This document shows positions 9,723 through 18,283 of a stretch of DNA of 64,000 bases, piece by piece. This DNA is from a virus (lineage: Duplodnaviria; Caudoviricetes), in IMG/VR virus record IMGVR_UViG_3300032280_000442, positions 192,001-256,000 of that record. One strand, written 5' to 3'. Both the position numbers and the translations under genes were made by a program. The notes beneath the pieces are model-generated. The model saw nothing but the letters and a program-made list of their open reading frames with translations. It searched no databases and was not told the origin of the DNA. How positions within the stretch are numbered: the first letter of the stretch is position 1; every line of letters starts with the position of its first letter.

Positions 9723-10237
9723 TATAGACCTCTAAATTCGTTATTTGTAACCGGAGACGCCATAATAGTTCTATAAAACGGTTTGTAACCCCCAATTGTA
9801 TGCTTGTTATCTGAAGTCACCCTTCCATCGTTATTAACCGTATAATATCTAACTTTATCTTCCGTTTCATAGTATCCGATGTAATCACCATAACTAATAT
9901 CAATTTCTAACTCTTCTAAATCTCTTTGATAAACAGATACTTTCATATTACCCGGTTCCATTTGGTCTATTTTAGAATTACCTAAATATTTGTTTTCAGG
10001 TGCCATAATTTGAACGTAACCTTTGAATTCAACCGGTGGTAAAAACTTAATACCGTCAGATACGGTCTCACCATAGACATCATCCGTTTTGGTCTTATAT
10101 CTATCAACACGATATAGAACTAATGTAAAGTTCATATCCCCGTGTAACCATTCTTGTCCAAATGATAACTCTAAATTAAAATCTTCAGCCCCAAAAAATT
10201 TCCCAATTCTCGTGATGGGCACTTTTGAATTACTCAT
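9722..10237 (-). CDS. Putative head closure/neck protein (gp14-like)
   Basis: LYRVDRYKTKTDDVYGE...FLPPVEF, DISYGDYIGY; structural gene context. Confidence 0.55.
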   Translation of the reverse strand: MSNSKVPITRIGKFFGAEDFNLELSFGQEWLHGDMNFTLVLYRVDRYKTKTDDVYGETVSDGIKFLPPVEFKGYVQIMAPENKYLGNSKIDQMEPGNMKVSVYQRDLEELEIDISYGDYIGYYETEDKVRYYTVNNDGRVTSDNKHTIGGYKPFYRTIMASPVTNNEFRGL

Positions 10238-10247
10238 AGTGTTTTTA

Positions 10248-10276
10248 TTGATAAATATTATAAAATGTGTTATATT
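10248..10276 (+). promoter_or_regulatory. Sigma70-type promoter for the helicase gene
   Basis: TTGATA (10248-10253), 17-nt spacer, TATATT (10271-10276); implies the start is the in-frame TTG at 10295 rather than ATG 10265. Confidence 0.5.
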
Positions 10277-10294
10277 TCTACTAAAAGATTAAAT

Positions 10295-12070
10295 TTGGAA
10301 AACAATACATCTGAAAATTCTAATTTAACAATAGAACAACGAGCGATATCTCTCCTTGAAACTTATCAAGGGGCAAATAACTATATCCTTAAATTAAAAC
10401 ACCAAAAAGAGACCAATAAAAGATTCTTCCCTACAAGGTCTCAATGTGATTACATTATAAATTATTACGAAGTTACACCTAAGGTAGCCAAACGATGGGT
10501 TGATTTAGACCCCTACTTTGCCAAAAAAATTGCCGACGAAAAATTGTTACTTAAAATCCCCGAACAGGTATGGGTGGAAAAGCTATTAGTTGAGAAAGAA
10601 AAATCCTACCACGTTTGGGGGAAAGTATTAGATTCTGAAACTATCCACGATTTTTGGCTACCAAAAGGTGCTTTAATTAAAACACACACAATTAAGAATG
10701 TCGAAATTGATTATGAAAAATATTCTCATCGACCACCACTCGCACATCAAAAAGAGGCTATTGAGAAATTGGCGGGGTCCAAACGATTCATTCTTGCTGA
10801 CGATATGGGTCTTGGGAAAACAACTTCAACAATTATTGCTGCATTAGAGACAGGTGCGAAAAAAATATTAATTGTTTGTCCGGCATCTCTTAAGATTAAC
10901 TGGCAGAGAGAGATTGAGAATTATTCAGATAGAAGTGTTTATATCTCTGAAGGTAAGAATTTTTCAATTGAACACGATTTTGTGATTGTAAATTATGATA
11001 TTCTTAAAAACTTTTATGACCTTAAAGATAAGGACAATTCATTAATCACACAAGGTAATTTTGATTTAATTATTTTGGATGAAGCTCATTATGTTAGTAA
11101 TGGACAAGCGGCAAGAACAAAATTAGTTAATAGTTTTTCTAAAAAATGTGAGAGAGTATGGTTGTTAACGGGAACACCAATGACCAACCGACCAATGAAC
11201 TATTTCAACTTATTATCCCTAATTGAAAGTCCAGCAGCGTTAAATTGGATGGCTTATGCTATACGATATTGTGGTGGTTATCAATTTACCGCAGGAACTC
11301 GTAAAATATGGAATGTTGCAGGAGCAACCAATTTAGAAGAATTGAGAGACCGGACATCCCGACAAGTTTTAAGACGATTAAAGACAGAAGTTTTAGATTT
11401 ACCTGAAAAAATTATCACACCTGTTTATCTAAGATTAAAGTCAAAACTTTATGAAGGATTGATGGGAGAATACTACGATTGGTATAATAAGAACCCTGAT
11501 GAAAGTACCTCGTTGACGGTTCAGTTCAGTAAGTTAATGAAAGTTCGTCAGGTGATTGCTGAAGAAAAAATCAAAGACACTATAGAATTAGCTGAAAATA
11601 TTTTAGAACAAGACAAAAAAGTTATTATCTTTACCAACTTTACCGAAACATTAAATAGAATTGCCGACCATTTTGGAAAACAAGCGGTTAAATTAGATGG
11701 TTCGACACCAAAACCTCAACGACAATATGCTGTCGACCAATTTCAAGATAACGAAAAGATTAAAGTGTTTGTTGGTAACGTAAAGGCTTCTGGCGTGGGA
11801 ATCACATTAACCGCCGCTGAAGCCGTAATCATAAACGACTTATCATTTGTTCCGGGTGACTTAGCACAAGCAGAAGATAGAGCGTATAGATACGGACAAA
11901 AAAATTCGGTATCAGTTTATTACCCAATATTTGATAACTCAATTGAGGCAATCATCTATGATATGGTAAACCAAAAGAAACAAAACATTGGAACCGTGAT
12001 GGGTGACGATATAGATAATAGAGGTGATTTTATCGGAGAAATTATGAATAAAATAAACAATCGAGGTTAA
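10295..12070 (+). CDS. SNF2-family (SMARCAL1/HARP-like) DEAH helicase/ATPase
   Basis: ILADDMGLGKT (motif I), LDEAH (II), LTGTP (III), GVGITLT (V), QAEDRAYRYGQ (VI); start placed at TTG 10295 (ORF track uses 10265). Confidence 0.9.
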   Translation: MENNTSENSNLTIEQRAISLLETYQGANNYILKLKHQKETNKRFFPTRSQCDYIINYYEVTPKVAKRWVDLDPYFAKKIADEKLLLKIPEQVWVEKLLVEKEKSYHVWGKVLDSETIHDFWLPKGALIKTHTIKNVEIDYEKYSHRPPLAHQKEAIEKLAGSKRFILADDMGLGKTTSTIIAALETGAKKILIVCPASLKINWQREIENYSDRSVYISEGKNFSIEHDFVIVNYDILKNFYDLKDKDNSLITQGNFDLIILDEAHYVSNGQAARTKLVNSFSKKCERVWLLTGTPMTNRPMNYFNLLSLIESPAALNWMAYAIRYCGGYQFTAGTRKIWNVAGATNLEELRDRTSRQVLRRLKTEVLDLPEKIITPVYLRLKSKLYEGLMGEYYDWYNKNPDESTSLTVQFSKLMKVRQVIAEEKIKDTIELAENILEQDKKVIIFTNFTETLNRIADHFGKQAVKLDGSTPKPQRQYAVDQFQDNEKIKVFVGNVKASGVGITLTAAEAVIINDLSFVPGDLAQAEDRAYRYGQKNSVSVYYPIFDNSIEAIIYDMVNQKKQNIGTVMGDDIDNRGDFIGEIMNKINNRG

Positions 12071-12111
12071 TTCGGTTGTTTAGATATTTATCATAATAAA
12101 CACAAGCCTAT

Positions 12112-12996
12112 ATGAAAAATACAGAAAACAAAGTTAATCTTATTATTGAAGAGATTAAAAAAAATGAAACTGATAGAAAAGTAACCCTAATACTATCTGA
12201 ATCCAAAGCTGAGAAATGTTCAACATCCAAAGTTGAAGAAATTAGACAATTATTTAATAAAAACCCAAAAGTTAAAGATTTATTTAAATACGCAATCAAT
12301 AGAATATTAAGAGATGTCTTTCCTGACAATTACTACAATAGAGGTGCATATGGTGAAGGTGAAATGTCCGGAATATACGATTTAGAACAAGAAGGTCGTT
12401 CGGTGATTAACAAATTAAACACAAATTATAGTTGTTTTTGTGTATTACTTAGAGACGTTAACAAAGTGTTAAAATCTAAAAAACAACAACCAATATCATT
12501 TCAAAACATAACCGAACTAGAACAAATCAATCAAGTTAAACGATTTGTTAATATAATTGACCAATATAAATCAAGAGTCTTTAATCCTGAATCTTCAACA
12601 TTCCAATCTCTTATGATGGTGTTAGGTCAAACCCACGCTTGGGGTCAAAAAAGAGAAGACACAACAGTAGAAATACTTAAAAAACAATTTGGTGAAGAAA
12701 ACGTAAACGCAGTTGGAAAACTCGGAAGTAGTGAAGATATGATTGGTGGAATTGATTGTGAGATAATTGTTGATGGTGTAACCAAAACCGCACAAATTAA
12801 ACCTTTCGGGTCTATCAGCGAGGAACATCATTTTATAATTGTATTAGGTTCCGGTAATGTTAAAAAATACAATACTGACTGGTTAATTTTTTCTAAAAAT
12901 AATAAAGAAATTTTAATATTTGATAATAACAATACAACAATTGTTGGTGGTAATTTCGTTTTCCCTGAAAAAAGTTTAATTTATACTCTTAGCTGA
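12112..12996 (+). CDS. Hypothetical protein with C-terminal PD-(D/E)xK-like nuclease motif
   Basis: E...DMIGGIDCEI...TAQIKP pattern. Confidence 0.5.
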   Translation: MKNTENKVNLIIEEIKKNETDRKVTLILSESKAEKCSTSKVEEIRQLFNKNPKVKDLFKYAINRILRDVFPDNYYNRGAYGEGEMSGIYDLEQEGRSVINKLNTNYSCFCVLLRDVNKVLKSKKQQPISFQNITELEQINQVKRFVNIIDQYKSRVFNPESSTFQSLMMVLGQTHAWGQKREDTTVEILKKQFGEENVNAVGKLGSSEDMIGGIDCEIIVDGVTKTAQIKPFGSISEEHHFIIVLGSGNVKKYNTDWLIFSKNNKEILIFDNNNTTIVGGNFVFPEKSLIYTLS

Positions 12997-13021
12997 TATT
13001 TATATAGAAACACAAATCTAT

Positions 13022-14143
13022 ATGGCAGTTATCGCAGAACCGGAAAGAACCAAACTCTATACAAGAATTAGACACCTTTTAGGTGCTCCTCTTCGTTCAA
13101 TAGAAATTGAAGATGAGATGATGGATAGTTTATTAGAACTATCTATTAGTGACTATTCCCAATATGTTCAAGATTGGTTAATTGAATCACAATGGACTTC
13201 ATTATATAATCTTAATTTAGATACACAATCATTATCTCGAGCATTTATAACTAAAAGTTTAGATTATGAAACTCGTTACACATATGCTTATTCTAAAATT
13301 GTTGGACTACAAGCCGGTGGTGAGTGGGAACTTAAAAAAGATTATGTACAATTAGTTAAAGGACAACAAATTTATGAAATTCCTGCGGGAAGAGAAATAA
13401 ATGAAGTAATGTGGTTTACACCTGCAGAACTTAACAACCTATTATTTGACCCCTGGTCTTTTGGTTCATTAGGGGGTATTGGTCTTGGGGGTCCGGGAGG
13501 TTTCTCACAAATGGGTATGTCGGGTTCATATTTTATGATGCCGGCATTTGATATGTTATTAAGAATGCAAGAAACCAATATTCAAAGAAGAATTATTGCG
13601 GGTGATTTAACTTATAGAATTACCGCTTTACCTGAAGGAAAAAAGGCATTACATTTAATGAATACACCAGGTGGGAAATTTGATTTTGGAAATGCAACTA
13701 TGACTCGTGGAAAAGTATGGTATTGGTATTATGATATCGGACCTGAAGATAGAGACAAATGTTTAAAAAATAATCCCGATATTATTAAATTACCATCAGA
13801 TGTTCCGTTCGATGAGATTGATTGGGTTGATTTAAATAATCCAGCACAAGTTTGGGTTCGTCGTTGGTTTACCGCATATGTGAAAGAAACTTTAGCAAGG
13901 GTTCGTGGTAAATTCAGTGGAAACATCAAAACTCCGGATAGTGAATTAACAATGGATTATCAATCATTAGCAACAGAAGCTAAAGATGAAAAAACAAAAT
14001 TAATTGAGGAGTTAATTGGTGCTGAAGGGAGATTAACTCGTTTAAAACCTGAAAAAGTAATGGAACGAGAGGCACAAATTGCTGAGAATCTTAACAAACA
14101 ATTAAAGTTCAGAGCAATGCCAAGACAAATATACGTAATTTAA
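13022..14143 (+). CDS. Neck/head-tail adaptor protein (T4 gp13-like)
   Basis: RHLLGAPLRSIEI, WVRRWFTAYVKETLARVRGKF...ELTMDYQSL...EAKDEK. Confidence 0.75.
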   Translation: MAVIAEPERTKLYTRIRHLLGAPLRSIEIEDEMMDSLLELSISDYSQYVQDWLIESQWTSLYNLNLDTQSLSRAFITKSLDYETRYTYAYSKIVGLQAGGEWELKKDYVQLVKGQQIYEIPAGREINEVMWFTPAELNNLLFDPWSFGSLGGIGLGGPGGFSQMGMSGSYFMMPAFDMLLRMQETNIQRRIIAGDLTYRITALPEGKKALHLMNTPGGKFDFGNATMTRGKVWYWYYDIGPEDRDKCLKNNPDIIKLPSDVPFDEIDWVDLNNPAQVWVRRWFTAYVKETLARVRGKFSGNIKTPDSELTMDYQSLATEAKDEKTKLIEELIGAEGRLTRLKPEKVMEREAQIAENLNKQLKFRAMPRQIYVI

Positions 14144-14148
14144 TTTAT

Positions 14149-14493
14149 ATGACATTTATAACAAGAACAAAAACAGGTAAAAAATTATTTGGGACAATGT
14201 CCAATTTACCAACACAACCACCAATCAAAACAATTGTAATTCCAGAACATAGAACAAATGGTGAAGAATTTATTTTGGTTAAAGATGTTGATTATTGTAA
14301 GATACTTTTAGACCAAAATACTACTGAACATATTGTAATTAAAACATTAACAAAAGTGTTAATCCTACCAATGATGGGTCAAATAGATGAACAATACGAT
14401 GAAATCCTAATCGATAAAGGTGCCGCGGTTGAGTTCTTTAGAGTAGATGGGAATTGGTATATAATTTCATCTGATGGATTAAAATTAGAATAA
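14149..14493 (+). CDS. Hypothetical protein (possible structural beta-rich domain)
   Basis: 114-aa ORF; IDEQYDEILI...DGNWYIIS. Confidence 0.65.
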   Translation: MTFITRTKTGKKLFGTMSNLPTQPPIKTIVIPEHRTNGEEFILVKDVDYCKILLDQNTTEHIVIKTLTKVLILPMMGQIDEQYDEILIDKGAAVEFFRVDGNWYIISSDGLKLE

Positions 14494-14520
14494 AAAAAAA
14501 GGTGTCGTTAGACACCTTTT
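14492..14520. terminator. Bidirectional intrinsic terminator between convergent genes
   Basis: A9-GGTGTC-GTTA-GACACC-TTTT. Confidence 0.8.
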
Positions 14521-14524
14521 CTGT

Positions 14525-15172
14525 TTATAACATTTTACTTCCTTTTTTTAAATTATCTTCAGCCCATAATGGTTGTAGATTTGTATAATGACAAAGTTTA
14601 TAAATTTCTTCTTCGGTATTTGCCGATGATAATGGAACTATGTGGTCAATATGCCACTCACTTCTAGTATCCCAACTCATACCATCAATAAATTGTTTTT
14701 CTAAATATTCTTTAAGAAATTCCGGAGAACAACCTATAATATCAAATGTATTATTTTTTTTTGTAATATTATTTAGTAACGCGTATTTTCGTAATCTTGA
14801 TGATAAATTTATCTTTAATCTAAATAAAATATCTGTTTTATATTTATTTTTAATATATTTATTTCTTTTTTCTTTATTTTCATCGTCATATTTCTTTTTT
14901 TTTAATCTTATTTTTTCATTATTTATTTCTCGATATTTTCGCATATAATCCGGATTAGACTCTCTTCTTTTTTTTTGTTTTTCTTTATTTTCTGAATGGT
15001 TTTTATAATAACGTTCTGATGACTGTTTTTTTAGTTTTTCTGAATTTTCTAAATAATATTTTTTTTCACATTCTTTACATTGATAATTAAAACCATCTTT
15101 ATTTCTACTTTTTTTAGTGTATTCACAAATATTTTTTTCTTCTTTACACTTACCGCAAATCTTTGTTTCCAT
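14525..15172 (-). CDS. HNH (His-Me finger) homing-type endonuclease
   Basis: N-terminal CxxC...CxxC, basic helical linker, WHIDHIVPL...HYTNLQPLWAEDNLKKG. Confidence 0.85.
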   Translation of the reverse strand: METKICGKCKEEKNICEYTKKSRNKDGFNYQCKECEKKYYLENSEKLKKQSSERYYKNHSENKEKQKKRRESNPDYMRKYREINNEKIRLKKKKYDDENKEKRNKYIKNKYKTDILFRLKINLSSRLRKYALLNNITKKNNTFDIIGCSPEFLKEYLEKQFIDGMSWDTRSEWHIDHIVPLSSANTEEEIYKLCHYTNLQPLWAEDNLKKGSKML

Positions 15173-15308
15173 AATAATCTTTTAACAATTTTTCAATAAT
15201 ACGAGAAGGTTTTTCACCATCATTTTTCATCCGATAATATATCCCCTTATCTAAACTTATACTGAGGTTTATTTTTTTATCATTATAATCTTTTGTTGGT
15301 CTTCCCAT
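15150..15308 (-). CDS. Small RHH-like DNA-binding protein (52 aa) coupled to the HNH gene
   Basis: Below ORF-track cutoff. MGRPTKDYNDKKINLSISLDKGIYYRMKNDGEKPSRIIEKLLKDYYGNKDLR; overlaps the HNH start by 23 nt. Confidence 0.55.
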   Translation of the reverse strand: MGRPTKDYNDKKINLSISLDKGIYYRMKNDGEKPSRIIEKLLKDYYGNKDLR

Positions 15309-15361
15309 ATTTATAAATATCTGCTTTTTATGTAAAAATATTATTTTAACTATTTTTTAAC

Positions 15362-18148
15362 TTAATCAATATATTGTTCCCACCCTTCGGATGCCAAATC
15401 ATAAATATAATTTGGACTCATACCTCGTTTATCCCAATATTTAACTTCCCCATCAGATAAAGTTAATACTTCTTCTAACTTATCTTGGTCCCCATCATTA
15501 AATGGAACACCATTTATAAGTTCAGATTGTTCTTTAGTGAAAAACCCTCTATCTTCAGGATTTGTCACGATTAATTGTTCTCTAACTTCTTCTTTAAATA
15601 CAACTAATAACGGACCGATTCTTTTATTAAATGTTGCAATTGCTCTTGCCACATTATAATCACCTCTCATATCTGGATTGTTCTCAATCTCGGTTTGGTC
15701 TAACATATAACAATTAAGTTGTGTTGTTGAGGTTGATTTATCTTCAGGTTCCTTACCATTCGTTGAAGTAAATAAATCCAATTCTTTTTTGGTATAATTG
15801 TTTTTAGTAATCTTTTGAACATCCCCGTGTGAAGCTTTAATACCATTATTAACATAACTAATCACATCACCCAATGAAACTTTTAAATTGTGTTTGATTG
15901 CGAGTTCCATATGTGCCATTTTACTCATTAACGAACCCGCCTTTGTTTTTTGGCTACATCGTTTTTTATAATCATCAATAGATAATTTAACTTTAGCTCT
16001 CTGAGCAATCTTCATAAGTGGAATATCTTTATCATAGATTTTTTGTAGGTATTCATAATACCACTCAATAAATTCTTGTCCTTTACCTTCCAATAACATT
16101 TTAACCCCCTTGTCTAAGAAGTCCTCAATATATAATGGAAGTTTTTTAGATTTAATGGTGTTTCCGGTTAGTTTAATTTTACCACTCGCCTCCATAACAG
16201 CATAATTCTTACGAGCCAAGTTAATACACGAAGGCCAAGTACCATCGGTATCCAACGCCATCTCACCTCTCATAAACATATCGTTAAACTCGGCAACGTC
16301 AGCATCATCACCAGTGTATTCTTTACCCTCTTTAACTTTCCAATTCAAACCTTTACCAACATAACGTCTGTTCTCCCACCCCTCAGGTTTTGAGAAGTTC
16401 ACACCATCGGTATCCATTACAAGTGGTGTATATCCTTTCTTCATAAAGAACTTAATCATCTGACGAAGATATTGTCTTCCGGTACAAGTAATCTGTTCCC
16501 CCATAAACATATCCCCCCATTCATAAACGTGTGGAGCCGATAACGCCCCAAACATCGAGTTAATGAAAATCTTAATAGGTAATTGTTTTCGGTCATATGA
16601 TAAAGACTTTTTACGGTCAGTTTCATAATATTCCGAAGCCAAGTTTTTATACATAATACGAGAGTTACGGAAATAAGCTAACATACCTTTCATTCCACCC
16701 ATTACATCACACTCAGGGAACACGTCGTGTACCAACTGAATAGAGGGGTATAGAGAAGAGTAATCGAGTTTAAGTACATTGGTGGAGTAACCCACCCTAA
16801 GTAGTCGTGAGAGACCTCCTACGAAGTCAGTTTTATCTTCTTTAGCCGGAATTGCCAAATTGTTTTTATAGGACCAAGCCAACATAATCATTCTCCATAG
16901 AGTTGCAGTTCCCATAGTGGAAACTCTCTCGTAAGTTGTTGGTACCATAGATGCTAATAGAAACGTTCCTTGGTTGAATTCATCATCCACTGTCAACGTC
17001 TCCTCTAAATCGTCGTCAAGATATCTCTCCACAATATTATCTCCTGTAACCTTTAGATATTTACCCGGGAATCTTGTGTCTAAGTTATTAAAATCGGGAT
17101 TATCCGCTTTCTTATATTTTCCATTCTCAACATTTAACCAATATTCCTCTTTTTTAGCATACATTGGTCCAATCTCTAAGTGGTCAATATAAACTCGGTC
17201 GGGAGCCTCAGCTTTAATATATTGAGTAATATATTTAAGACCCGCCGATTTAATACTTGAATTGATTGCTTGAGCTCTACGAACTGAATGAATAATATCA
17301 ATAACATTATAACCCCACAATTGAGTTTGTGAGAATCTTTCTACTTCGTTAGCAAGTTTTAACATACCATCCTTTTGAGAGATAGGTCTTGCCGGGTTTA
17401 GTGATTTAGCAATCTTTTTGATGTCTAAGTTAAGTGCTTTACATCTCTCAAATATCCAAAACCAGTCAAAGTTTGCTGAATTATATCCACCAATGATTGA
17501 TGGTTTAAGTTCATCGATAATATTGAAGAACTCAACTAATCCTTTTCGTTCTTGGTCTTCATCGGCACACTCAATAACTTTTTGATATCCTTTATTGGTT
17601 TTAATTCCAATCATAAATATACGACCATCCTTTGGTTCCAAAGCGGTCGTCTCCAAGTCAAATCCGAGTCGGGTAATATCGTTGTATTCTTCATACCCTT
17701 TGAATAATCTTTTCTCTCTTGAGATAAGGAACTGTTCAACCGGTGGAAGAACCGTTAGTTTCCCTTTTGTTTTTTCACCCCAAGGGTCCACACCACCCTC
17801 TTTAAAGAATTGGATGAGTGAACGATAACCCTTCATTGATTTAACCATAAACTTAAGACCTTTCTCTAATCTTTCATTACCTTTGGTTTCTAACTTATCA
17901 ATGATGATTCCGTGTTTTTTCATTGCTTCTTTTTGTTGGTCTTTAGATTTTGAATAAAAATTCAAATCTCTAAGGTCTCCAACCCAAGCAAATGCCGTAA
18001 ATGTGTCTTTTTTGATTATCTTTCCCTGACCAGGGACTTCTTTGATTTTGTAGATTGCGTCGGTGACGTAATCATACTCGATAGCAACTATGTGCTCTTC
18101 GGGGTCATTCCCTTCAAGGAATGCCTTAATTTCTTCTTGTGTTACCAT
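15362..18148 (-). CDS. Family B DNA polymerase
   Basis: Exo motifs FDLETT and GYNSANFDW; polymerase motifs LDYSSLYPS, KIFINSMFG, MDTDG. Confidence 0.95.
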   Translation of the reverse strand: MVTQEEIKAFLEGNDPEEHIVAIEYDYVTDAIYKIKEVPGQGKIIKKDTFTAFAWVGDLRDLNFYSKSKDQQKEAMKKHGIIIDKLETKGNERLEKGLKFMVKSMKGYRSLIQFFKEGGVDPWGEKTKGKLTVLPPVEQFLISREKRLFKGYEEYNDITRLGFDLETTALEPKDGRIFMIGIKTNKGYQKVIECADEDQERKGLVEFFNIIDELKPSIIGGYNSANFDWFWIFERCKALNLDIKKIAKSLNPARPISQKDGMLKLANEVERFSQTQLWGYNVIDIIHSVRRAQAINSSIKSAGLKYITQYIKAEAPDRVYIDHLEIGPMYAKKEEYWLNVENGKYKKADNPDFNNLDTRFPGKYLKVTGDNIVERYLDDDLEETLTVDDEFNQGTFLLASMVPTTYERVSTMGTATLWRMIMLAWSYKNNLAIPAKEDKTDFVGGLSRLLRVGYSTNVLKLDYSSLYPSIQLVHDVFPECDVMGGMKGMLAYFRNSRIMYKNLASEYYETDRKKSLSYDRKQLPIKIFINSMFGALSAPHVYEWGDMFMGEQITCTGRQYLRQMIKFFMKKGYTPLVMDTDGVNFSKPEGWENRRYVGKGLNWKVKEGKEYTGDDADVAEFNDMFMRGEMALDTDGTWPSCINLARKNYAVMEASGKIKLTGNTIKSKKLPLYIEDFLDKGVKMLLEGKGQEFIEWYYEYLQKIYDKDIPLMKIAQRAKVKLSIDDYKKRCSQKTKAGSLMSKMAHMELAIKHNLKVSLGDVISYVNNGIKASHGDVQKITKNNYTKKELDLFTSTNGKEPEDKSTSTTQLNCYMLDQTEIENNPDMRGDYNVARAIATFNKRIGPLLVVFKEEVREQLIVTNPEDRGFFTKEQSELINGVPFNDGDQDKLEEVLTLSDGEVKYWDKRGMSPNYIYDLASEGWEQYID

Positions 18149-18211
18149 AATTATATTTTTTTAGATTGACATATTGGCTCCGACATAAGTCAGGTTTGTC
18201 TTGTTTCTATA

Positions 18212-18240
18212 AATATATTGGAAATCTTTGAGTAAGTCAA
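18212..18240 (-). promoter_or_regulatory. Sigma70-type promoter of the DNA polymerase gene
   Basis: Minus strand TTGACT (18240-18235), 17-nt spacer, TATATT (18217-18212); overlaps a TATTTATA motif. Confidence 0.55.
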
Positions 18241-18246
18241 ATGTAT

Positions 18247-18274
18247 AAAAAAACCCTCCTTTTTAGGGGAGGGG
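18247..18274 (-). terminator. Intrinsic terminator ending the appendage-protein operon
   Basis: CCCTCC...GGAGGG stem followed by a T-run on the minus strand. Confidence 0.65.
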
Positions 18275-18283
18275 TATGTTTTA

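Noticed and set aside
15362-18148. Intein or intron in the DNA polymerase
   Set aside because: Continuous ORF with normally ordered motifs and no intein splice-junction or LAGLIDADG signatures seen.
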